From Bacteroidales bacterium (GTDB taxonomy: Bacteria > Bacteroidota > Bacteroidia > Bacteroidales > UBA12077): a stretch of 64,000 nucleotides of DNA. A program made the translations under genes and the position numbers. Positions within the stretch are counted from its first letter, which is position 1, and each line of letters opens with the position of its first letter. Location of the stretch: contig JAEINU010000001.1 of NCBI GenBank assembly GCA_016342685.1, forward strand, positions 824,169 to 888,168, in the 5' to 3' direction. The notes beneath the pieces were generated by a model that made no database searches, had not been told where the DNA came from, and was given only the letters and a program-made list of their open reading frames with translations. Shown here piece by piece: positions 55,434 through 64,000 of the stretch.

Positions 55434-56993
55434 ATGAGTAAACAAGACAAAATTAAGCAACTTATTGACTTAAGAGCCGAAGCCAAATTAGGCGGTGGCG
55501 AAAAAAGAATTGAATCGCAGCATGCAAAAGGGAAAATGACTGCTCGTGAGCGTATCGAAATTTTACTAGACGAAGGTAGTTTCGAAGAATACGATATGTT
55601 TGTAACACATCGTTGTACAAATTTTGGTTTAGAAAAAACTAAAGTTTTAGGTGATGGAGTTGTTACAGGTTCTGGTACTATTGATGGCCGTGTAGTATAT
55701 GTATACGCACAAGATTTCACTGTTTTCGGTGGATCTTTATCTGAAACTTTTGCAAAAAAGATTTGCAAGGTAATGGATATGGCAATGAAAGTTGGAGCTC
55801 CAATTATCGGAATTAACGATAGTGGTGGTGCTCGTATTCAAGAAGGTGTTACCAGTTTAGCTGGTTATGCTGATATTTTCCAAAGAAACATTATGGCCTC
55901 GGGTGTTATTCCCCAAATATCCGCAATTTTTGGACCATGCGCTGGTGGTGCAGTTTATTCTCCTGCATTAACAGATTTTATTATGATGACAGAGAATTCC
56001 AGTTATATGTTTGTTACAGGTCCAAAAGTTGTTAAAACAGTAACTGGTGAAGAAATTACAACCGAAGATCTTGGTGGAGCAAATATTCACTCTTCAAAAT
56101 CTGGTGTTTCGCATTTCTTATTAGAAGACGAAGAAGAAGGTTTATTATTAATAAGAAAATTACTTAGCTATTTACCTCAAAATAACTTGGAAGAAGCTCC
56201 GGTTGTTGAATGTAATGATCCAATTGATCGTTTAGACGATGCTTTGAACGAGATTATTCCTGAAAATGCAAATCAGCCTTATGATGTAAAGGATGTAATT
56301 TACTCAATGGTTGACAATAGTGAATTTTTAGAAATTCATCGTCATTATGCTAAAAATATAGTTTGTGGTTTTGCTAATTTCGACGGAATGTCTGTTGGTA
56401 TTGTTGCAAATCAGCCTAATTTCTTAGCAGGTGTTTTAGATATTGATGCATCAAGAAAAGCAGCTCGCTTTGTTCGATTCTGTGATGCATTTAATGTGCC
56501 TATTCTTACTTTGGTTGATGTTCCTGGATTTTTACCTGGAAGTAATCAAGAATATGGTGGAATTATTACTCATGGTGCGAAATTAATGTTTGCTTATGGC
56601 GAGGCTACAGTTCCTAAAGTAACAATTACTCTTCGTAAATCATATGGTGGTGCACATGATGTAATGAGTTCAAAACAATTACGTGGTGATATTAATTATG
56701 CTTGGCCATCAGCTGAAATAGCTGTTATGGGTGCATCTGGAGCTGTTGAGGTTCTTTATGGACGCGAATTATCGAAAATAGAAGATGCCGACGAAAGAGC
56801 TAAATTTGTAGCTGAAAAAGAAGCAGAATATAAAGAGAAATTTGCAAATCCTTATCAAGCAGCTAGCTTGGGATATATTGATGATGTAATTGAACCACGA
56901 AACTCAAGATTTAGAATAATTCGTGCGTTTGAAATGCTTCAGACAAAAAAGGATACAAATCCACCAAAGAAACATTCAAATATTCCATTGTAA
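55434..56993 (+). CDS. mmdA: Methylmalonyl-CoA decarboxylase alpha subunit (carboxyltransferase)
   Basis: Strong propionyl-CoA carboxylase beta / MmdA family similarity over 519 aa; followed by delta, gamma (biotin) and beta (Na+ pump) subunit genes. Confidence 0.85.
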   Translation: MSKQDKIKQLIDLRAEAKLGGGEKRIESQHAKGKMTARERIEILLDEGSFEEYDMFVTHRCTNFGLEKTKVLGDGVVTGSGTIDGRVVYVYAQDFTVFGGSLSETFAKKICKVMDMAMKVGAPIIGINDSGGARIQEGVTSLAGYADIFQRNIMASGVIPQISAIFGPCAGGAVYSPALTDFIMMTENSSYMFVTGPKVVKTVTGEEITTEDLGGANIHSSKSGVSHFLLEDEEEGLLLIRKLLSYLPQNNLEEAPVVECNDPIDRLDDALNEIIPENANQPYDVKDVIYSMVDNSEFLEIHRHYAKNIVCGFANFDGMSVGIVANQPNFLAGVLDIDASRKAARFVRFCDAFNVPILTLVDVPGFLPGSNQEYGGIITHGAKLMFAYGEATVPKVTITLRKSYGGAHDVMSSKQLRGDINYAWPSAEIAVMGASGAVEVLYGRELSKIEDADERAKFVAEKEAEYKEKFANPYQAASLGYIDDVIEPRNSRFRIIRAFEMLQTKKDTNPPKKHSNIPL

Positions 56994-57003
56994 ATATTTA
57001 ATT

Positions 57004-57378
57004 ATGATTTCAGTTATAGCTAAAACAGGAACAGATTTCTCGATGGTTGCGGGATTTGGAGTTACTACCGCTATTGTTGGTTGGCTGATAGTTTTTGCGG
57101 CTTTAGTATTATTGGTTATTGTTTTTACACAAATACCAAAATTGATATACTATAATACTCGCAAAAAGCTAAAAGTTAAAAACAAAAGCGCAGTTGTTAC
57201 AGACGATGAATTGCATATTACAGGAGATGTTAATGCTGCCATTGCAATGGCATTATACATGTTTTTCGATGAAATGCACGACGAAGAAAGTAATGTAATA
57301 ACTATTAAACGTGTGAGAAAAACATATTCTCCATGGAGTTCAAAAATTTATGGATTAAGAGTTTGGCCAAGAAAATAA
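57004..57378 (+). CDS. mmdD: Methylmalonyl-CoA decarboxylase delta subunit (OadG-like small membrane protein)
   Basis: Single TM (VGWLIVFAALVLLVIVF) right after mmdA. Start set at the internal ATG, because the listed ORF overlaps mmdA by 70 bp in another frame. Confidence 0.55.
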   Translation: MISVIAKTGTDFSMVAGFGVTTAIVGWLIVFAALVLLVIVFTQIPKLIYYNTRKKLKVKNKSAVVTDDELHITGDVNAAIAMALYMFFDEMHDEESNVITIKRVRKTYSPWSSKIYGLRVWPRK

Positions 57379-57387
57379 TAAGCAAAA

Positions 57388-57813
57388 ATGAAAAAATTCA
57401 AATTTACAATAAGAGGTAACGAATACGATGTCGATATAAAAGACTTCGATGGAGATCTCGCTAAGATAGAAGTTAATGGCACTGATTATGATGTTGAAGT
57501 ACATCAAGAAGTTAAAGCTACTAAAACTCCTACATTAGTTCGCCCAAGAGTTTCTATTGACAGAAAGGATAGTAAAATTAAAAAATCTGTTAGTAACCGC
57601 TCATATGAACTTAAAGCTCCACTTCCAGGAAGTATTTTCAAAATACTTATGAACGAAGGTGATGAAGTTAAAAAAGGTGATACCATTATGATTATGGAAG
57701 CTATGAAAATGGAGAACAATATTCAATCTGAAAAAGATGGTAAAATTGTTACCATGAAAGTAAAAGAAGGTGATTCTGTTCTTCAGAATGATGTATTAGT
57801 TGAAATCGAATAG
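57388..57813 (+). CDS. mmdC: Biotin carboxyl carrier protein (decarboxylase gamma subunit)
   Basis: C-terminal biotinyl-lysine motif IMEAMKMEN. Confidence 0.8.
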   Translation: MKKFKFTIRGNEYDVDIKDFDGDLAKIEVNGTDYDVEVHQEVKATKTPTLVRPRVSIDRKDSKIKKSVSNRSYELKAPLPGSIFKILMNEGDEVKKGDTIMIMEAMKMENNIQSEKDGKIVTMKVKEGDSVLQNDVLVEIE

Positions 57814-57819
57814 TTTCTA

Positions 57820-59346
57820 ATGAAGACAATACTTAAAAATAATATGAAAAAACTTTGCTTAGTCATAGTAGCTTTTGTTTTTCTTCTTGGAAATTACTCT
57901 TTTGCCAATACTTCAGAAACCACAGATGCTCTGGTTACGGGCAAATGGGTTAATAAATCTGATGGATACAAAGTTAGAGCAGGCAGTGATGAAACAGTTG
58001 AAAGATATAAAGGAATAAAATTTGAAAAAAATCAGACATTCGTTTTAGATTCAGTTAAAATGAAATTTTCTGGTGAATGGAAAGTAATTGATAATATATT
58101 ATATCTTGAATTTAATGATCACAATATTGATCCAAAGATTGCAAGTTTCAGCGATGAAGGACTTATAATTGGAAACGATTTATATAAAAGTTATTCAGGC
58201 GCAGTTGCGGGCTTATTAAATTTTTATGAGTTTACAGGAGTGCCTAATGCTACTCCAGGCCATTTGCTTATGGTTCTGGTTGGAGTGTTCTTTATATTCT
58301 TGGCAATAAGATATAATTACGAACCTTTATTATTAATTCCGATTGGATTTGGTATCATCATTGGAAATATTCCATTTTATCAAGCCGAAGGATTTAATTT
58401 AAAATTAGGAATTTACGAAGAAGGAAGTGTAATGAGTTATTTATACTTTGGAGTTCGCCAAGGTATTTATCCTCCACTTATTTTCTTGGGAATTGGGGCA
58501 ATGACAGATTTTTCTTCATTAATTTCAAATCCAAAATTGATGATTTTAGGTGCAGCGGCTCAAATAGGTATCTTCTTAACGTTCCTTGGAGCTCTATATC
58601 TTGGATTTTCTCCAGCAGAAGCAGGAGCAATTGGAATTATTGGTGGAGCAGATGGTCCAACAGCTATTTTCTTATCGTCTAAATTGGCTCCGCATTTGAT
58701 CGGACCTATTGCGATTGCAGCATATTCATATATGGCATTGGTTCCAATTATTCAACCACCATTCATGAAATTGATTGTAACTAAAAAGGAACGATTAATT
58801 CGAATGAAACCACCACGTGCAGTTTCTAAATTGGAGAAAATTATGTTCCCGGTAGTTGGCTTGTTATTGACAGCGTATATTTCACCAAGTGCATTGCCAC
58901 TTTTAGGAATGTTGTTCTTTGGTAATTTATTAAAAGAATCAACTGTAACAAAGCGTTTAGCCGATACTGCAAGTAATGCATTAATCGATATTGTAACTAT
59001 ATTATTAGGAATAACTGTTGGAGCATCAACTCAGGCAGATATCTTTTTAACTCCACAATCTTTAAAGATTTTTGGATTAGGTGCTTTATCATTTATTATA
59101 GCTACTTGTGGTGGATTATTTTTCGCTAAACTAATGAATGTATTCTTGAAAGGCGATAATAAAATTAATCCATTAATTGGTGCAGCGGGTGTTTCTGCTG
59201 TTCCCGATAGTGCGCGTGTTGTTCAGCACGAAGGATTAAAAGCCGATCCTACAAATCACTTATTAATGCATGCAATGGCACCAAATGTTTCTGGTGTAAT
59301 TGGATCTGCAGTAGGAGCAGGTATTTTATTAAGTTTCTTAATGTAA
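57820..59346 (+). CDS. mmdB: Na+-translocating decarboxylase beta subunit (OadB/MmdB) with a ~140-aa N-terminal secreted extension
   Basis: Residues ~145-508 align with OadB (EPLLLIPIGFGIIIGNIP...). The N-terminal 140 aa have a signal peptide and a soluble beta-rich domain not typical for OadB. Confidence 0.75.
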   Translation: MKTILKNNMKKLCLVIVAFVFLLGNYSFANTSETTDALVTGKWVNKSDGYKVRAGSDETVERYKGIKFEKNQTFVLDSVKMKFSGEWKVIDNILYLEFNDHNIDPKIASFSDEGLIIGNDLYKSYSGAVAGLLNFYEFTGVPNATPGHLLMVLVGVFFIFLAIRYNYEPLLLIPIGFGIIIGNIPFYQAEGFNLKLGIYEEGSVMSYLYFGVRQGIYPPLIFLGIGAMTDFSSLISNPKLMILGAAAQIGIFLTFLGALYLGFSPAEAGAIGIIGGADGPTAIFLSSKLAPHLIGPIAIAAYSYMALVPIIQPPFMKLIVTKKERLIRMKPPRAVSKLEKIMFPVVGLLLTAYISPSALPLLGMLFFGNLLKESTVTKRLADTASNALIDIVTILLGITVGASTQADIFLTPQSLKIFGLGALSFIIATCGGLFFAKLMNVFLKGDNKINPLIGAAGVSAVPDSARVVQHEGLKADPTNHLLMHAMAPNVSGVIGSAVGAGILLSFLM

Positions 59347-59368
59347 TTTAATAACACAATTATAGATT

Positions 59369-59400
59369 CAAGGGCTGACTTTTTTAGTCGGCCCTTTTTA
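59369..59400 (+). terminator. Rho-independent terminator after the mmd operon
   Basis: AGGGCTGAC / GTCGGCCCT stem plus T run. Confidence 0.6.
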
Positions 59401-59499
59401 TTAAAATAATGTTGTTGAAAATAGCATTCAAAGCATAAAAACAAGAAACGATTATTATATTTGTATTGTAATGAATAGACATCCTAAAAATTATTAAAT

Positions 59500-60732
59500 A
59501 TGAGTAATAAAATTGCTAACGCCGGAAACATTGGCAAAAAAGTTAGATCAGATTGCTATGTTACTCTTGAATTAAAAGATTCGGGAGGAATAGTAATCAA
59601 TCAAAAGAGCAAGGTGCAGGTTCTTTATGGCGATTCTAATAATGAATTATGTAAAGATGTATTAAGCTTTTTCGGAATTGAAAATGCAATTCTAACACTT
59701 GAAGATCGCGGAGCTCTTCCTTTGGTAATTGCTGCAAGAATTGAAGCTGCAATTAAAACTCTAATTGATACGGATAAAGAATATCTTCTTGATTTTATCG
59801 ATGAAAATAATTACACATCAGAAAAAGAACAATTTCGTTTTTCAAGATTATACTTGCCAGGTAATAGTCCTAGCATGATGTTAAATGCAGGTATTCACGA
59901 GCCAAATGGTATTATTTTGGATTTAGAAGATTCTGTAGCATACAACAAAAAAACAGAAGCGCAGCATTTAGTGCGTAATGCGCTTCGTGGAATTAATTTT
60001 TATGGTGCTGAACGTATGGTGCGTATTAATCAGTTTCCTAAAGGGTTAGAAGATTTAAAATACCTTATTCCACATAATGTTCATATGTTGTTGGTTCCAA
60101 AATGTGAAGGTGCCGATCAAATTAAACAACTCGAAAAAAAGATAGTAGAATTAAAATCACAACATAAAGTTACTCATTCAATTTTCTTAATGCCAATTAT
60201 TGAAAGTGCATTAGGTGTTGAGAAAGCATTTGAAATTGCTACAGCATCAGAAAATGTTGTTGCTTTGGCAATTGGTCTTGAAGATTATACTGCTGACCTA
60301 GGTACTCGTCGTACAAATGAGGCAACGGAATCTTTCTATGCAAGAAGCAGAATGGTTAATGCATGTAAGGCAGCAGGTATTCAGGCAATTGATTCTGTTT
60401 TTTCTGATGTTGGAGATATGGAAGCATTAAAAGCAAATGTAAAGGTTTCTAAAGGATTAGGATTTGAAGGAATGGGATGTATTCATCCTCGCCAGATAAA
60501 AGTTATTCATGAGAGTTTTGCTCCTGAAGCGGCAGCGATTGATAAAGCAATGAAAATTGTTAATGCATTTATCATTGCAACAGAAAAAGGTTTGGGAGTT
60601 GTTTCATTAGGAACAAAAATGATTGATCCACCTGTAGTAAAAAGAGCAGAAAAGACAATCAATTTAGCAATTAGTTTAGGTTTAATATCTGAAAATTGGA
60701 GAGAGGATTTTTTAAATGAGCAAGCAGGTTAA
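59500..60732 (+). CDS. citDE: Fused citrate lyase acyl-carrier (gamma, CitD) and citryl-CoA lyase (beta, CitE) subunits
   Basis: N-terminal ~95 aa resemble CitD (CYVTLELKDSGGIVIN...ALPLVIAARIEAAI). Remainder is HpcH/CitE family (RLYLPGNSP...EDSV). 3' end overlaps citF by 17 bp. Confidence 0.7.
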   Translation: MSNKIANAGNIGKKVRSDCYVTLELKDSGGIVINQKSKVQVLYGDSNNELCKDVLSFFGIENAILTLEDRGALPLVIAARIEAAIKTLIDTDKEYLLDFIDENNYTSEKEQFRFSRLYLPGNSPSMMLNAGIHEPNGIILDLEDSVAYNKKTEAQHLVRNALRGINFYGAERMVRINQFPKGLEDLKYLIPHNVHMLLVPKCEGADQIKQLEKKIVELKSQHKVTHSIFLMPIIESALGVEKAFEIATASENVVALAIGLEDYTADLGTRRTNEATESFYARSRMVNACKAAGIQAIDSVFSDVGDMEALKANVKVSKGLGFEGMGCIHPRQIKVIHESFAPEAAAIDKAMKIVNAFIIATEKGLGVVSLGTKMIDPPVVKRAEKTINLAISLGLISENWREDFLNEQAG

Positions 60733-62269
60733 AAATGCTGTGGGACGTATGGTTCCTACAGAGATAAACGGAGAAGAAGTAATTCCTTTTAAGGGAATAG
60801 GAAAACATAAACCAACAGGACGTAAATATGCGCCGCCAATTCCAACGGTACTTGATTATCCCGAAGATGGAAATAAGGTTGTTGGATCATTAAAAGAAGC
60901 ATTAAAAAAGTGCGGTTTGTCTGATGGAATGACAATTTCTACGCATCACCATTTACGGAATGGTGATTTGGTTAGTAATACCATTTTTGATGCTGCAAAA
61001 GAAATGGGAGTCAAGGATTTAGTTTGGTTTCCATCAGCATCATTTCCATGTAACGAACCAATTATGGTGTACTTGGAAGATGGTACAGTAAATCGTATCG
61101 AAGGAAGTATGAACGGACCTTTAGGAAGGTTTGTATCACAAGGAAAGATGAAAGGAACTGCAGTTTTGCGTTCTCACGGTGGTCGTGCACAAGCAATTCA
61201 GGATGGTGAAGTGAAAATCGACATTGCTGTTTTAGCGGCTCCATCGTCTGATTTATTTGGTAATGCGAATGCTTTAAGCGGTCCTTCTGCATGTGGTGTA
61301 CTAGGTTATGCAACTACAGATTTTTTATATGCCGATAGAGTAATCGTAATAACAGATAATTTGGTTGATTTCCCAAATATGCCAATGGAAATCCAAGGTA
61401 ATTATGTTGATTTTGTTGTTGTTGTAGATAAAATTGGAATTCCTGAAAGAATTGTTTCTGGAACAACACAAATTACAAAAAGCCCTGATAGATTATTAAT
61501 TGCTGAGCTTACTGCTGACTTTTTACAAGAAAGTGAAATCTTGAAAGATGGTTGCTATATGCAAGCAGGAGCGGGTGGAACTTCATTGGCAATTGGTCAT
61601 TATCTTCATCAGATATTAAAGGAAAAAGGATGGAAATCGAAATTAGGTTTTGGCGGTAGTACAAAATATATGGTTCAAATGCTTGAAGAAGGCACTATGG
61701 AACATATCATGGATGCTCAGGCTTTTGATTTAGATGCTGTTGCTAGTATTGCAAATAATAAAAATCATCATCAATATCCCGTGTTCAATGCCTACAATTT
61801 TCATTCAAAAGGAAATTTAACATCTATGATGGATATTATGATTTTGGGTGCTACTGAAGTTGATGTAAATTTTAATGGAAATGTTGCCACACATTCCGAT
61901 GGTTACTTATTACATGGTATTGGTGGATGGCAAAATTGCTTGCATGCAAAGAATGTGATTTTACCAATTCCTTTATTTAGAGATCGTATTTCTGTTATTA
62001 AAGATGAAGTTACTACGATTTGCGGACCAGGTGAAATGATTGATATTATTGTTACTGAACGTGGTATTGCAATTAATCCACGACGTAAAGATTTAATTGA
62101 GAAGATGAAAAATAGTTCATTGCCAATTAAAACAATCGAAGAATTAAAAGCAGAAGCAGAAGCTATTTGCGGACCTGCTCAGAAACCAAATATTTCTGAT
62201 GAAGTGGTTGCTGCAATTAAATGGGTTGATGGAACTGTAATTGATGTAGTTCGAAAAGTGATTGATTAG
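60716..62269 (+). CDS. citF: Citrate lyase alpha subunit (citrate CoA-transferase), paralogue 1
   Basis: Full-length CitF similarity (GRMVPTEINGEE...ISTHHHLRNGD...). Confidence 0.85.
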   Translation: MSKQVKNAVGRMVPTEINGEEVIPFKGIGKHKPTGRKYAPPIPTVLDYPEDGNKVVGSLKEALKKCGLSDGMTISTHHHLRNGDLVSNTIFDAAKEMGVKDLVWFPSASFPCNEPIMVYLEDGTVNRIEGSMNGPLGRFVSQGKMKGTAVLRSHGGRAQAIQDGEVKIDIAVLAAPSSDLFGNANALSGPSACGVLGYATTDFLYADRVIVITDNLVDFPNMPMEIQGNYVDFVVVVDKIGIPERIVSGTTQITKSPDRLLIAELTADFLQESEILKDGCYMQAGAGGTSLAIGHYLHQILKEKGWKSKLGFGGSTKYMVQMLEEGTMEHIMDAQAFDLDAVASIANNKNHHQYPVFNAYNFHSKGNLTSMMDIMILGATEVDVNFNGNVATHSDGYLLHGIGGWQNCLHAKNVILPIPLFRDRISVIKDEVTTICGPGEMIDIIVTERGIAINPRRKDLIEKMKNSSLPIKTIEELKAEAEAICGPAQKPNISDEVVAAIKWVDGTVIDVVRKVID

Positions 62270-62294
62270 ACAGTAATTAATTAGATAGATTATT

Positions 62295-62326
62295 AAGCTC
62301 CGAAGAACTTCTTCGGAGCTTTTTAT
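62295..62326 (+). terminator. Rho-independent terminator between the two citF paralogues
   Basis: Perfect palindrome AGCTCCGAAGAA-c-TTCTTCGGAGCT followed by TTTTTATTT. Confidence 0.7.
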
Positions 62327-62439
62327 TTGATCGTTTTTAAAGGATGAATTAGGATACTACTTTTTAGGTATTTTCTATAAATCTAAATAATTGTATATTT
62401 ACCTTTATCATAAACGAACAAACAAAAGAACTAAATTAC

Positions 62440-64000
62440 ATGGGAAACAAATATTCTGGTCTTGTTACTAATGCTGTTGGTCGACTTGTCCCGACAGAAG
62501 TTAACGGCGAAAAGCAAGTTCCTTTTCAAGGGGTAGGGAAATTTAAACCCAATGCTTCAAAACACGGACCTAAAATTAATTCTTGTGCCGATTTTCCAGA
62601 AGATGGGAATAAACAAGTAAAATCTTTAAAAGAGGCTTTAGTAAAAGCTGGCTTGAAAGATGGAATGACTATCTCCACTCATCATCATTTTCGTAATGGA
62701 GATTTGGTGGCAAATCAGATTTTTGATGTTGCAAAAGAACTAGGTGTAAAAAATTTACGGTGGGTTCCATCGGCATCGTTTCCATGCCACGAGCATTTAA
62801 TTCAATATCTTGAAGATGGAACAATTCATCATATAGAAGGAAGTATGAATGGACCATTAGGACGTTTTGCATCTCATGGAAATATGAAAGGAATGGGAGT
62901 TTTGCGATCACATGGAGGGCGTTATCAAGCAATTCAAGATGGTGAAGTTAAGATTGACATAACAGTAATTGGAGCCGCATGTGCCGATGAATTTGGTAAT
63001 GCAAATGGTTTACATGGCCCATCGGCGAGTGGATTATTGGGTTTTGCATTAGCTGATTCTCAATATGCCGATAAAGTTATTGTTGTTACCGATAATATGA
63101 TACCATTTCCATGCGTTCCTTGGCAAATTCAAGGAAATTATGTTGATTATACTGTTCAAATTGAGCAGGTTGGTGTTCCTGAGAAAATTGTTTCTGGAAC
63201 AACACAAATAACAAAAAGCCCAGATCGTTTATTATTAGCAGAAATGACAGCCCAATTTTGTTTGGAAGCTGGTATTATTCGCGATGGATTTTCTTTTCAA
63301 TCAGGGGCTGGGGGAACATCATTAGCAGTAGGCGATTATTTTGCTAAAATAATGCGCGAGAAAAATATAAAAGCTCGTTTTGCACGTGGTGGAAGTAATA
63401 AGTACTTGGTTAGTATGCTCGAAGAAGGTTTGGTCGATTATATTTTAGACGGACAAACATTCGACCTCGATGGAGTAAAATCAATGGCTGAAAATCCAAA
63501 TCATACATGGACAAGTCCGTTTACAAGTTATAATTATCATGGGAAAGGGAATTTTGCAGGATTGGTTGATGTTGTTATTCTTGGAGCAACCGAAGTAGAT
63601 GTTAATTTTAATGCAAATGTTGTAACGCATTCCGATGGATTATTATTACATGGAATTGGGGGTTGGCAAAATTGCTTATTCTCAAAAACTGTAATATTAC
63701 CAGTTCCACTATTTAGAGATCGTTTCCCTGTAATTCTTGATGAAGTTACTACCATTTGTGGTCCGGGAGAATTAATTGATGTTATTGTTACTGAGCGAGG
63801 TATTGCAATAAATCCTAAACGAAAAGATTTAATTGAGAAATTAAAAGATACGAATTTACCTATAAAATCAATTCAAGAATTAAAGGATGAAGCAGAGAAA
63901 ATTTGTGGTAAGCCAGCAAAGCCTGAGTTTGATGATGAATTAATTGCAGTAATTAAATGGGTTGATGGTACAATTATAGACGCTGTAAAAAAAGTAAAAT
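62440..64000 (+). CDS. citF: Citrate lyase alpha subunit paralogue 2 (3' end runs off the window)
   Basis: ATG at 62440. Frame is open to the window end. About 60% identical to paralogue 1 (GRLVPTEVNGEK...ISTHHHFRNGD...). Not in the ORF track because no stop is reached. Confidence 0.8.
   Translation, partial: MGNKYSGLVTNAVGRLVPTEVNGEKQVPFQGVGKFKPNASKHGPKINSCADFPEDGNKQVKSLKEALVKAGLKDGMTISTHHHFRNGDLVANQIFDVAKELGVKNLRWVPSASFPCHEHLIQYLEDGTIHHIEGSMNGPLGRFASHGNMKGMGVLRSHGGRYQAIQDGEVKIDITVIGAACADEFGNANGLHGPSASGLLGFALADSQYADKVIVVTDNMIPFPCVPWQIQGNYVDYTVQIEQVGVPEKIVSGTTQITKSPDRLLLAEMTAQFCLEAGIIRDGFSFQSGAGGTSLAVGDYFAKIMREKNIKARFARGGSNKYLVSMLEEGLVDYILDGQTFDLDGVKSMAENPNHTWTSPFTSYNYHGKGNFAGLVDVVILGATEVDVNFNANVVTHSDGLLLHGIGGWQNCLFSKTVILPVPLFRDRFPVILDEVTTICGPGELIDVIVTERGIAINPKRKDLIEKLKDTNLPIKSIQELKDEAEKICGKPAKPEFDDELIAVIKWVDGTIIDAVKKVK

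Noticed and set aside
55421-55768. Minus-strand 115-aa ORF inside mmdA
   Set aside because: mmdA is strongly supported by homology over its full length. The antisense ORF is Ser/Pro-rich noise.
56923-57003. Listed start of the small membrane protein ORF overlapping the mmdA 3' end
   Set aside because: The extension overlaps mmdA in a different frame and has no membrane-protein character. The internal ATG at 57004, right after the mmdA stop, is the more plausible start.

Overview
This is a low-GC (~33%) chromosomal segment that looks Bacteroidota (a T9SS type-A C-terminal sorting domain, NarL-type two-component systems and the Na+-pumping methylmalonyl-CoA decarboxylase operon point that way, perhaps a Marinilabiliales-like organism). 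I can support about 47 protein-coding genes. I see no rRNA, tRNA, CRISPR array, transposase or integrase.

Gene content from 5' to 3':
- 1-5.3 kb: a partial acyltransferase-like gene, an orphan Cys-rich PAS histidine kinase, an alpha/beta hydrolase lipoprotein, a bacteriohemerythrin, an SCP2-Isf fusion and a YhhQ-type queuosine-precursor transporter.
- 5.6-24.4 kb: a 19-kb, seven-gene, tightly spaced co-directional cluster. It encodes an MFS-like/HEAT/cNMP-like membrane protein, a HAMP-PP2C (SpoIIE-type) phosphatase, a protein with two TIR/SLOG-like modules, a membrane-anchored STAND P-loop NTPase with a coiled-coil stalk and WD40 propeller, a TPR plus beta-barrel outer-membrane protein, a beta-propeller lipoprotein, and a 2303-aa T9SS-secreted adhesin with 636-bp near-identical tandem repeats and a MAM-like domain. 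This cluster is my best candidate for an undescribed envelope-spanning signalling system.
- 24.5-35.8 kb, minus strand: an ECF sigma / anti-sigma / Spy-CpxP-like trio, two tandem S9 prolyl oligopeptidase paralogues flanking a YdeI-like gene (with a gene-conversion tract), a flotillin-NfeD pair, a GNAT-YoaP protein and an MtfA-like M90 peptidase.
- 35.9-51.9 kb: a three-PAS HisKA_3 kinase and NarL-type regulator, followed by two duplicated CheY-CheW-outer-membrane-barrel-MCP modules and two further MCPs. The four chemoreceptors have different sensor domains (dCache, helical, dCache, tandem periplasmic CZB), near-identical signalling domains, and a shared C-terminal xFESF pentapeptide. Conserved non-coding elements sit upstream of them.
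- 51.9-64 kb: a VOC protein, a dodecin, an LtaS-family transferase, methylmalonyl-CoA epimerase with mmdA/D/C/B, then a fused citD-citE and two tandem citF paralogues (the last one partial).
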